Assembly (NCBI GenBank): GCA_002633005.1
Contig: NMRA01000031.1
Coordinates: forward strand, 520,888-584,887
From: Phoronis australis
Taxonomy: Eukaryota > Animalia > Phoronida
Length of the DNA stretch: 64,000 bases
Reading direction: 5' to 3'
In this document: piece after piece, positions 1 to 12,500 of the stretch
How the letters are laid out: each line of letters opens with the position of its first letter
Numbering within the stretch: the first letter of the stretch is position 1
The notes under the pieces: generated by a model
What the model was told of the DNA's origin: nothing
The model's input: the letters and a program-made list of their open reading frames with translations, nothing else
The model's database searches: none
Made by a program: the position numbers and the translations under genes

Positions 1-877
1 CGGATTGTAATTGTGTAATATCCGAAGAGCATTTGCGAACATGACATGCTCGAAGCTCGGCTGCAGCATTGCTGGTAACGGATAAAACACCATGTCAGCT
101 AATCTACCTTGGCTGTGTTTCAGAAATGTTCATCTCGTCAACAATATTGTGTCCTTTTATTGCCGTAGTGATAAACGGCCTACTTGTGCTTTTGTTATGT
201 TGAAGCGGTTATGGCTAGAAATTGATACCTTTAAACCTGTTCCGTAGAAAAAAATAAAATTTGATTGAGATCACTTACCGCTATACAACGGTTCAACTTG
301 TTATTTTTTACCTAGATGAGACGTGAGTTTGTTCTTGCAGAGATCAGACAGTTCGTTATTCCCCGAGACAATGATGATGACACGTCATGACAAGTCAAAA
401 AAAACGAACTGTCGGTTACTTTCAAGTGCAGAAATCGCACTTAATTTGACTAAGGACCAGTTTCACAACGGTAAGTTGTCTAAATCAAACACTTGTTGTG
501 ATGTAAGGCGAGTTTATCGCCAGCACACCCCCCCCCCCTCCCATCACTGAATATTCTAAAATAAATCAATTGGTTTAAAACACTTAATTAAGATTGAATC
601 TACTCAATTTAAATATCATAGGAGATTGTCACTGCGANTGCTAAAGTTGAACGCTCTCGTTATCAACAGACCACGCCACTTATTCAATAGGCCTTTCTTA
701 TGCATGTCTCACATTCCAATCCTAGAAAAACAGTGCAGGTGGCCTGATGTCATTTGCGGTGCATCAGACGTGCGCAGGCCTCATGGTTGGGCCCATTGCA
801 CAAAACACCTGAGCAAAAGCACGAGAGCCCAATTATGGCTCTTCGTGAAGAAAGTTTTCAAGTCTGTCAGTCTTCTT

Positions 878-1400
878 TCAGAAAACGGACAGACGTTTCC
901 ATTTGTTGCCATGAACTATATGTTGTAGGCATGTAACAGTGCCGTCCAGTAAATTGCTCCTTAGCCTATAAAAAGCTGGGCAAGACTCTACCAGGTGTTT
1001 AGGCGATTCTACGTCAGTGCCACACTCGGGACACGCTGGGCTCCCCACATGCCCAGTAATGTGTCTGTGTCGGGCTAGGTTACAATGGCCCGTCAAAATT
1101 TGAATGACGTGTCTTATACCCAATCTATCTAGTCTCGGAAGGTTTTTTGAACCTTTCGGTTCGATCACGTTGGGAAAATTCCCCTTTGTCTCTCTACAGG
1201 TGTTAAGTGTTGCCCACTGCTGAACGGGTATGTACCCAGTTGTGTATACTCATCCTGCAACATCCGTAAGATACCGCGATAGTAGGTTTAGGCACAAAAT
1301 GCAGAACACTTGCTCCTATCTTTGCGAGTCTGTCTGCATTCTCATTGCCATCAATTCCCGCATGGGCCCTGATCCCAGCGTACATTGATGGTTCTTTCAA
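878..1400 (-). mobile_element. 5'-truncated, frameshifted non-LTR retrotransposon 3' remnant (RNase H end plus C-terminal zinc knuckle; I/LOA/Nimb-like)
   Basis: The translation shows the RNase H C-terminal motif 'RAHAGIDGNENADRLAK'. The next frame reads 'ILTGHCNLARHRH...CPECGTDVESPKHLVESC', typical of the ORF2 C-terminus of RNase H-bearing LINEs. Confidence 0.85.
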
Positions 1401-3876
1401 TTATAAGCTTGTTAAGCTCATTAATACAATCATAACACAACGAGAGTTGGCCCTTAGAACGAGACTAGTGCTGTTATGTCTTATAGGGAGCTGTCTGTTT
1501 ACAATGAATCTCTACATAAACCATGGCAAACTACTGTACCACTTGTTGCACAAATAACCATAGAAACAAAGTTTTGTAATGTCGCCAATTTCATACTAAC
1601 AAGTATCAGGAATCTTCCTGCAAGCATTAATAAGACAGTCTGTGGCTACTGAAGATTCGTAGATACAATGACCACAATTTTCACACAGTAAACAAGGCCA
1701 GACCAGGACACTGGGTCTGACCCTGTTACCTGAACTGTACACATAGTCTTCTTTAACTGAGCACAGCTGACACTACTCCATTTGCCCTTTGTGACATTCC
1801 TGCCACTAAATATGCATAATTCACTACGCGACCCTGGCCACGGGTCGATCTCAGCATTATCATTTAACTACTGTAGTAACTAAAAATATTTAAAACTTAG
1901 TAGGTAGGCCAACTGCTATTATTATTCTACTTCAGTACTGACTTGTGTTCACCGAGCAGCATATACTTGCCAGCAGTAGTAGAAATATGTAATGAACTTA
2001 CACTTACCTCACCTTATCGTTGAGACAAGCGAAACAAAAAATGCCTTACTTAGTCTGATGCGCCGTAAATCACTCATGAGGGTGTCCAGTAAGTTTCGTG
2101 ACCTGGTGTTGGGGAATGACACTTGTCTGTATGATGCGTGCTATGTGAGCCCCCAACGCACGTCATTAGTTCAAAGGTCACCTATTGGCAGATTTTTTTG
2201 TTTTCACATTTACAAGGTATCATTGAATACAACTGCACTTTGTTTAGCGTAGACGATGTTCAAATAGCATTGTTGTTCAGTTAGTGCTATACATTAGCAT
2301 CGTTAGGAGCATGCAAATATATCTTTAAACAAGAAGCAAATTCCTGATGACACTCCCCTGGATATGTTGCGGAAACAAGATTTTTTATTATAGTTGGAAA
2401 GCGATTGAATGACTCGATAAGTGCACCACACACTAAGATCAGAATGCAGATCAGAAGCTTGGCACACTCACTGTGCAAATTCAAGTTGCCGCAACGCACC
2501 AATGAAATTGTCACACCTTCAAAAATGTGACAATTTGCTTAAACGCTGCTGGCCCAAAACTGTCGCAACAACTTTGCGTGTGAAAATTTTGGCTTTTACG
2601 AAGTACGGGTCCAAATAGGCACGATAACAAGATGTGTCATGGAAATATTCCAACTATAAAGTTTGGATGTTCTGCCGAGGGTTTGTGCTTTCCTAATGAC
2701 AAGATGAAGACACCATTCTGTTTAAAATTGACATATACCAGATGTTCCAGCGCTATGGTGGTTCACATGTGTACGCGAACGATCGCCAGATTCACATGCA
2801 CAAACCACTGCAGACTATTTTTTATTCCAGTACCGGTGGAGGACCATACATTTCAGTAACATGGGCGCCGCGGTTACCCTTATCAAGGCCGTAGAAATCG
2901 GGGGATGTGGGGACATACTCCCCCAAAAAATTTGCAGGCATCAGGCTTAAACCGTGGCAATCGACATAGGCGTGGGCCGGGGACAGTCGAGAAAAGAAAG
3001 ACTGCGGAGAGAAAACATTTCACAACTCAGTATCGGTGCAAGGTTTACCCTTTGAGGACCTTGGCCAGGACATTGCTGTTAGAGTATCCGCTTTTGCTGC
3101 ATAGGTCGTGTGAACGCTCTTGAAAACGTCCACTTACTCATTCATACATGTATTTTGAAAAATCGAGAAAATTTGTAAAGCGAAGCTTTTGCGGAGCTTA
3201 TTAATTCACCGGAATTTTAAATTCAATAAGACAATTTTCGAATGTAAAACTATATTTTTCCAGAGGCCCCTCTCTGGCAAGGGACAAAGAGACAACTATT
3301 TTTCGTCTTTGTTTTTTCCAAATTCTATATCACTTGAGAAACATTGATGATCTGACAGATATCATCAATTGCTGATTTTTGAAAGTATAGATCTTTTCAT
3401 ATTTAGGGGCCCAGCCCTTGATGAGGGCCATTGATGACATTCAAGTGACCACCCTTTTTATATTTATTGTCAAATTCTTAAAGGGTAGCTCACGGAGAGA
3501 GGGCCCATCGTAATTACCTCTGTTTTCCTGTTTCTTGTAAGTCGTACAATCGGCTTTCATGTGGAGAAGGGACGCTTCTTGGAAGATCACACCACGATTA
3601 ATTGAACTGTCATTCTTTTCCAAGCTTTATGATGTTCAAGCACCTTACTACTCGGACTAGTGCGACAGCTGTTTTTTTTTTCTTGAACTTTTGCTTAAAT
3701 GGTCTAACAAGGTCTTCATAAAGAGCCAGGTCTTCACTGCCTGCGTATCACGTAAATTCACTCTTGACATCGTCAGGAAATCTTCCGTTGTACACACGTA
3801 ACTTAAATTCGTAACACGAGTGAATGAGAGATTTTTCAAAAGTGTTTATAGCATTATCTTTGCTATTACATGGTAA

Positions 3877-4131
3877 ATGCTCGCACCCAACCTAACAATT
3901 GGGGACGCGCGAATTTTTTAGAATGTGGACCTTCTACGAAGATTCTCAGGGTATGTTCTGAGCTATGCATTGTGTATTCGCCAAATTTTGGACGTTCCTG
4001 CCTTTTTAGTGGACTTTTGTCTCGTTTTGTACTTTTTTCAGAATCTTAAAGTTTGTTCTCTGAGGCGGACCTTTTTGCCCACATCGCCAAATGGGGGCTC
4101 GTTCGAGACTCCCCGGCAGTGGTGCGCACAT
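3877..4131. mobile_element. MITE (non-autonomous DNA transposon), copy 1 of a family also at 55191-55442
   Basis: Ends are atgctcgcacc...ggtgcgcacat. It shares the internal block 'gacctttttgcccac(a/t)tcgccaaa...ttcgagac' with 55191-55442. Confidence 0.6.
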
Positions 4132-4849
4132 TGGAAAGTTCAAGATTGTTATGTTACTAAGATAAGTGGACTGTGGAAAATTACATCTGCATTCATAATA
4201 AAGAGATAGGTAAATGTTATAATGAACATATGATGCACAGTTGCCACTGTTTAACATTCGTGAATGGTAAAACGAGGTGACTGTATTGAAAAGCGGGATT
4301 CCCGGATAAGAAACGAAACATCTGGGTCCATGCTAGGAACCTGGTTCCTAGATCTATGCCAAAACGCAAGGGTGAAATATTCTCTGCGACACTCAAAATC
4401 GTCCCTAAAGCGTATGTCATGGAAAGGCGTTTTTTTTTGGTTGTTGTTGTAGTTGAATGGAAATTTGTGGGTGGGGTAAAAACCCATGAAACAACCTCTT
4501 TTTCTTTTTAGTCGACTGGGAAATAGGACCGTGTCGCATGGGAAATTACAATATATGTTAATTTTGCTTTGTGTCACTGAAAAAGCACAACATTTTCAGT
4601 GAGACAGTCCCCCAAGAGCGAGACAATTGGCAAGTACAATGTGTATTGTTAGTAACACAAAGTACTGGATTGGATTCTTCTATGAATTAAATTTTATTTC
4701 GTGGGCTTAGGTAAATGCAACATACTGCTCACAACAGGTGGGTCTTAAACGTAGTACTGTTTTATCCTTTTGCACATTAACGTATTCAAAATAATGTCTA
4801 CAATCACGTGTTAAAGCCAACGTCACATGCATCTTGATCTGCACTTCAC

Positions 4850-5300
4850 CGTTCTCGAAGTTTTTAATAAATTTTTCGACGCTTTTGCAACTAACGTTTC
4901 CTTCGGCACGATTTATATTTTGACATGTTCTGCTTGCCAAGCTTTGCTTGTGTCTTTTGTCGAAACTGAGAATCCATTCCTTCCCAGAAAAGTTTTGTTT
5001 CAACCGTTTCACTTTGCGACCACTTTTGTCTAGAAAGGCCTTCACCATCAGGCGTAAATCCAAATTGTCTACGGGAAACCCCTCTCCGTCATCACTGCTA
5101 CATTATCTGCGATTGAGTTCTTTTCAGTGTCCGACAACACCTTCTGGCTTCCGTAACATTCCATGTGGTCGCCCTTTAGGCGATTTTGCAGGTTCCCGGC
5201 CCTCGGGACCTTAAACGTTTTCGCTGCCTCGTTTGACTCGTTCCACCTTCAACTGCAGATACTACATTTGAGGCTCTGGTAACTGGATACATATCCGCCT
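4850..5300 (-). mobile_element. degenerate pogo/Tigger-like transposase N-terminal fragment (CENP-B-type HTH)
   Basis: 'DLRLMVKAFLDKSGRKVKRLKQNFSGKEWILSFDKRHKQSLASRTCQNINRA' resembles the CENP-B HTH region of pogo-like transposases. Flanks carry stops and frameshifts; no DDE core was seen. Confidence 0.7.
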
Positions 5301-5992
5301 CCCGTTCAGTAGCGTTAGGACCTCGCTAAGAAGCAAGACTTCGCGAGATTACGTGAGATATTGCCGCGCATTTTAAATGAGAACACGTGACTTTGACTAG
5401 CTTTTAGTAACTGGATACATATCTGTGAACTCTAACAAAAGGTTGCGAGAAACCTTCACAATAGATAAAGCTGTTATCTGATGTTGAAAACCTCTTTCTT
5501 TCGTTTGGGGTTTTGTTGGAGGATGTTAGTGAAATAAGTTTACATAGGCGGGCCATAGGCCGGCCACATTGGCAAAACTACTGGTTTTTAAGCATCGGAA
5601 ATCGTTTAATAAAGCAGGTACGTTTCAGCTACTGCGTTTATTTTGTATTGGAATTACTCAGAAATAGATGTGAAGTCCTGTATCCACCCTGTCATCCTTT
5701 CGAAGCCATGCAGCCCAAGTAATAGAATACATAGGTCACGTGAGAGAGTTGGCATTCCAGGGCTAGAGTTCTATTGTTCAATGCATTCACGAACGAGCAT
5801 TTAATCAATGACCCAGTCGCCAGGCTCGCCTGTCCGCCATTCTGCTCACTTCAGTGGTCGGCTTTGCCCGTTCGGGCGGGCAAAGCAAACCGACGGAAAG
5901 CCTCGAATCACCCAACACCCAGTGTTTCAAATGTGGTGCTATTGACACTAAGCTGAACCACAGGACAACACGCCCGACATCTTCACACAAAC

Positions 5993-6555
5993 TATAAGTA
6001 GGCCGAAGTGGAGGTTAATCAATGCGGCCGGCGCAGACGATCGCTTCCTCATAATTCAAGCAAGAAACAAGATGGCTGACGCGGAAAAACTAGAAAAAGA
6101 AGTAAGCAAAGGATGTTCAAGCCTACACGGCTATAGCCGAACGTGGCTGACTGGACTATTGATGAAAATGAAAGCCATGGTGGTTATTGTCCTAGTGAGC
6201 NAAAACTTCCGAATCGATGAATGCGGTATATCTGTGAGAGTTAAATCGAATCCTATTCAGATCATAACTTTGAAGTGGAATAATTCGGTGAGTACAACAG
6301 CAAGTCGGTTTTATGCTTAGGCGGACGAACATTGGGCTCCCCAGTATATAAGTAGGCCGAAGTGGAGGTTAATCAATGCGGCCGGCGCAGACGATCGCTT
6401 CCTCATAATTCAAGCAAGAAACAAGATGGCTGACGCGGAAAAACTAGAAAAAGAAGTAAGCAAAGGTCGGTTCAAGCCTACACGGCTATAGCCGAACGTG
6501 GCTGACTGGACTATTGGTGAAAATGAAAGCCATGGTGGTTATTGTCCTAGTGAGC
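5993..6555 (+). repeat. ~210-bp near-identical direct duplication of the promoter and first exon (MADAEKLEKE|gtaagc) of the TPR-NTase gene
   Basis: 5993-6200 is repeated at ~6346-6555 with few differences. Copy 1 ends at a single N (6201), which suggests an assembly junction. Confidence 0.85.
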
Positions 6556-9500
6556 TGCGGCAAAGCCTGTTGCCGCCCGCGAGTATCGGAAATGACCGCA
6601 TCCCGCATTGCCTGGGCTTCGGAAGGAGCGGTGAATGGACGCAGCTGATTGGGAGCCCAGCGCTGCATTGTTTAATCTCAGTTGTGTATCATTCTAGTGT
6701 ACTTCATTCACCAATTAAAGTTGCGGAAGCGGACACGCTAGGACAGAACTTCCGGTTGTGATTGATAGACATTTACCCAATTGCCCAATGTTTCCCCCGG
6801 CTGCGTGTAAAAACCTGGGTCGCCCGTCACGCTCTTTTTTGCCCAAATTGACCTCCACAAACCTCCTGAAGGGAAAATGCGCAATACAGTGCTGTAGAGG
6901 TAAGTAGGCGCCCAAAGCCCACCGTATCACCTCAAGCACTGAACGTTACTTACGGTGCGTAGACGCTACGTTCAAGTGCCAAAAGGTGGTCGGCTGCGCC
7001 TACGTGCGCCTACGCCCCACTACAGCACTGGCGCAATGAGGTTACGTGGCTACTGTCGATGTTTGTGGATCAGTAATGGACATTAATTAGTTAATCAGCT
7101 CTAAAGACAGATTCAAATCAGTGGGAAGTAGGCGCAGACAACCACCTTTTGGTATTTACACTTTACGTACCGTTATACGTTCAGTGCTCAACTTAGGTAA
7201 TACGATGGGCTTTGGGCGCCAACGTACCTCATATTTTATCACTACAGCACTGGTTCAATACTATTTTCATTATACCTACATGTCTAAAGAGTAGTCTGAA
7301 GCCCTGTCATGGCGTGCCCGCATCCTAACAGTGATTGAAATACATTAGAATGATACAAAACTCTTCATACACCAAGATCACACAATGACTCTTTATTGCA
7401 GCGCCGGGCTCCAAATCCGCTTCCACCAATCTCTACCACGCCCCTCTCGAAATCCAGGGGAAGAACACTTCCAGTATATGATGAAATCGGTCATGAATGC
7501 CCAAACAAGAAACAGTCCCAAAGATATATCCAAGAACATGGTGATCAATAATTACGAAGCACACTGCGATGAGCATTGTGTGAAGTTTCAAAACCAAGCC
7601 TGTCACGTGATATAATACTGGTATAAATTACATCAAATGGCACTAAATTACACAGTGATTTTCCTTGTTATAAAAAACGACATAATACTGTGGAAAGAGT
7701 GACCAAGGTCACTGAAACCAACAGTAAAAAATTATTATTTTGCTCAAGGTTGAAGCTTGTCTCAAATTCTAGAAGTAGGCAATATTGTCCGTCCCAAATT
7801 CAAGAATCATCCGAAAAACCGTAAAATTTCCCATTCTGTAAATCAGTTAAAAGTTAACAGAAAAATCGTACTTGCCCCAAATTCCAGAATCAAGAGTTTC
7901 CGTGTCCCAAATTCAACAGACTGTCCCAAATTCTACAGGGAGAATTTTTACCGTAATATTATAAACTTGTATCGTATAACGTATCATTGGTGGTAGAATA
8001 TAGGGATGTTTAACGAACACAATGTTGTTAATTCACTTTCCAAGACACTACTAGTTCTCTAAATCAAGGACCATTATATTGGACAATTGATCTTTTTATT
8101 CGCCCATGTGGTCACATATTGTCGTCTTGTCTGAGTGTCTACTCGATATCTCAAGAAACCCTGGTTGGATATTTATGAAATTTGGTACAACGGCGAAGGG
8201 CGTCACAAAAACGGTCCGTGCAGTCTGGTCATGGCGGCGTTGCTTTCTCAGTATTTGTGGGAAGAGTTTTTCCAGATGTTATCTAAAGAATGAATTTCAA
8301 TGAAACTTGACCCAGAGATATGTGATGTCAATGCGTTGGCACCATTTTGCTTTTCGGGCGACGGGTTCCTTCACTGCAGCGCGGCGACTGGTTCCACCAC
8401 TGCAGCGCATCTTGAAGACCATTTTGGGAAAGAGTGTTTCCGTATGATATCTAGTAAACGGGTTGATGCCTTTCAATGAAACTTAAACACCAAAATATTT
8501 GATGTCAATGCCGACGCCGGTGTCATTCGATTTTCGGGTGCATTGGAGGACTAAAGCAGTGCTTCCTAGTGACCATCTTGAAGAAGAATGTTACCGGATA
8601 GAGAACCCATTGATGGATTTCAATGAAACTTGCTAATGTTTTGCATCTTGGTAAAATTGATTAAGTAACATTAATTGCACCTCACCTTAACCCATAGGAA
8701 CATGTCGTTTGTGTTTGCGATGCACCTTGGGTACGTGTCAACATCCCCAGCTGGTAGATTGTTGATTTTAGCGTGGTAAACAAAACAAAAGTTGATAGTT
8801 TACTGTAGCTAGTGGCAAGTAAAGACAAGGAGCTGACATTGAGGCCATTGTGACATATTCAATGGCAAGTAGAGACAAGGAGCTGACATTGTGGCCATTG
8901 TGACAGTTAGGATACATTACTGTCACTCAACGTACAAAATATATTCAAAAGAACAATTACTATATACTAAACTCCTTTTGAAATACATAAGCCGAATTGC
9001 CAATATTGTCCTACTTTTGGAAGTGGATATTGTCCCGCTCGCTGTTGGAAGCTCTGTATCACGTCCTTCCACAGCATTGGAATGTCCTGCTTTTGGACTT
9101 GCAAGTCGAAACTTCACACACCAACACACTGTTAGTGCGCGGATGCATGTTTTCATGCTTTTGGGCATGGTACACCCTATTTCCCTTTTCCATTTTCGAG
9201 ATGACTGGACACTTTACCAACTTGCATTTATATCGTCTCATGCCTACACAGTTCTTAAAGTGATGTCCCAACGTTTTTAGGCTCAAATTGAAAAGGAATT
9301 GGGCAATGCTGCTTACATGGAAAAGAAATTTGAGGAAGCTCACCAATGTTACGACAGAGCTATTCAGCTAGATCCGACCAACATCACATTCTACACTAAT
9401 AAAGCAGGTATGGAGAATAAGCGCTTTTACTCACCTGATCAGCACTGTTTGCGTTTCTTTATTGTTGAAGTTAAAAACTGCATTTCACCCTTTTACTCTT

Positions 9501-12500
9501 ATAAGATGTGTCTCAAAATTTTCAGGGCTCGACAAATTAGCTGCACTATGGCCGCTTTGAGACATGAAATTTGGAAATGGCAGGCTCAGATTGTGTCCTA
9601 CTATCCTTAATCACATTAACTGAATGCAACATTTGAAGACGCATGTGTTAAAGTGCCAGTAAAGACAGCGGAGTCTCAGATGTGAACTCATCTTTACAAT
9701 GAATCAAGTTTGGCCAAATTTGAAGTGCATTAAAACACTATGTTGCGTCCCAAACTGGATTAGTTAATAATCATTTAAACTAATTAACAAGCACATTTTA
9801 CCCTGCTCTGGACTACAAAATTGTTCTACCAGAAGTCACTCTTACTAAAACGGCATTGTTTGAAGGGTTTTCTAATTCTAATTTCACAGAACCTTTTCAG
9901 TTATTTCTTTTTATATTGAATCTAGCTTGACTTATGGCATCTGCGATTTTTACCCAACCCACCGTTGCACTTAAAATTTTGTTACCAGTGCCTGTTGAAT
10001 ATTTCTGGCTACGACAGTGATTGCGACATGACACATCGGGTTATTGCGACGTCACGAAATGTAGCAGTCCAACACCAGTGCTCTCGATAACCTTCCTCGT
10101 TTTGTTTTCAGCTGTCTACTTCGAGCAGTGCAATTTTGTGGAATGTATAAAGATATGCGAACAAGCTGTCTCAGTGGGCCAGAACAACCAAGCAGATTGC
10201 AAGTTGATAGCCAAGTGAGAATTGTTCTGAAGAGTCCTGACAAGCGTTGTTGCAGACCTTTCTGCAGATGGGTTTTAAATTCTTGTGAGATAAGACCTTG
10301 TGAAATGGCAAGCTTTGGGGACGAGAGTACAATCGTGACATGAATTTTGTCTAGATCAGACATTTAAACTTACTGATGCCAACTGTACACGTAACTGAAA
10401 TTGCTTGTACTTCAAAACTTACGAGAATGACAACTGCACAGTAGAATTGTTAAAGTAATCTAGAACTTGGTACTTAGAACTGGAGGCAAACGACATACAC
10501 GACTGTTTTTAAAATTGAAAAGTAAATAGTAGCCGTCTTTGAATTTTTAAAATCGATGCATAATAACATAAATTAGTGAAAAGTGTTTCTTCAGTGTGGC
10601 ACCTAAGGCAGGAGCATTAATTTGCGAATTAATTAGGACGGGTTAGTCACTGCCCTGCACAGGCTCGGTTAGGAGTTGGCATAACAAAACCCAAAATGTT
10701 AGCGTAGGATTTGTCTCATATTCAGGAACACCGTCAATTTCACAAGAGAAACTTGTGCAGTTTCTGTTAGTTTATTGAATGGCACATGTTCCGATGTATT
10801 CGCAGGGCCTTTGCGCGGATGGGGAAAGCATACAAGCGAAAAAGTGACTTGAAAAATGCATTGTTGAATTTCAACAAATCATTAGCAGAACACAAGGCCC
10901 CGGATGTAGAGAAATTAGTGAAAGAGGTAAAAAAATGAAGTGGAGTTAAACAAGCTTCCTGATTCAGTAATGTCTGGATAAGAGTGGGCCGTTACAGGCC
11001 GGTGTCAGATGACCACTGGTGTAGGAGTGGGTCACTGGCCGGTGTCTGAGGACCACTGGTGTGTGCTGGTAGAAGTGTACTGCAAGCTCTTAAATTTCAC
11101 ATTTTAATGCCAATTGACTAAAGTTTACTATTTTAATTTGTTTGTTTGTCATGTCTATTGGCAATTTACTTCATAATTGTAGACCTGGGTTGAGTTGCAT
11201 AAAGCTTCAAAAGTTATCCCCTGGATAAGTTTAATTGTTGCATGACCTCATGTGCATTGTTCAACAATAATAACGTGACGCGTGATAATGCGACGTCATT
11301 GTTGCTATACCGCGTATAACTTTTATGCAACTGGGCCCTGATGGTTGGAAACTGTACAGAGAACATGAGAGAGTGTCTGTGAAGCTATCCAATTAGAAGA
11401 AATACTGTTAAGGAAAGCCAATCACATATGTCGGGCACTGGTTACAGTCTGGCTAAAAAGAACGACATTGCAACTTTAGTGCAACTACATGAAGTGTTGC
11501 TTTCCATGTTACATACGCGAAAGAGGAGTTGGTTTTGATTATAGTTGAAATGTTGTAAGGTTTTCTGTATGCTCCAGAGATGAAGTCAAACATGTTCCCT
11601 TTTTGTCTCTGCATATCAAATAATTGTTTGTTTGTGATAGATTTCAGAAGAGGAGCTGCGTGGGCTGGATGACAGAGAAACTGAGCTAGCGTGTTCACTT
11701 AAAGAACTGATAAAGTCGGAAGGAGGGTCAGCGTCAGCTGGGACCATCTTTGTCAAAATGGGCAATATTCATAAAGAGCGGGCTTTGTTGACAAAATGTG
11801 TCCAGCATTGTGTTACTGCTTCCGCGCTGTATAACGCTGCTTTAATAAGAACAAAGGATGAAGAGTTAGTTAAGGGTCTTGAGGCGACAGTAAGAGAAAA
11901 TGAACAAGCATTTTGTGACCTATTGTCATTGCCTGGGAATAAAGTTCCCGTTGATTACAAGGCAGATGTAAAAAATATGTTGGACAGTATCAGAAAAAGA
12001 GTTTCACCAACGGCCGAAAAATTATTGGAGGATTATAACAAGGCACTCCAATTAGATCCAACTGAAACTGAGCGTTTGTCGTTGGAAAAAGAGTTTGTAG
12101 AGGAAACTAGGAAAGTCTTTAACGACATGTGTTCTGATATAATTTCTCTTGATGGGCTTCTCATGTCAAAAGCGGAGGAAATATTAGGGTCACCTCCACA
12201 GGAGTACGCAGCTATAGCCATGGGGTCTTTAGCAAGAGGAGAGGCAACGCCGTTTTCGGATCTTGAGTGGGCAATTCTGGTTCAAGATGAAAGTAAAGAC
12301 CTTGAGTACTTCCGAAACTTGGTACGACTTGTGCATTTATTTGTCTTAAATTTTGGAGAGACATATCTTAGAACCATGAGTATCAAATCACTGAATGATT
12401 ACTATACTCCTGGTGGGAATTGGTTCTTGGACGACGTAGTGGCACGTGGGTTTGAATTCGACAGTGCCGCCCCCTATGCGTGCAAGACCCCGTTAGGACG

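Noticed and set aside
9281-10926. Calling this locus STIP1 itself
   Set aside because: Only TPR2A exons are present, and the next phase-compatible exon is the NTase exon.
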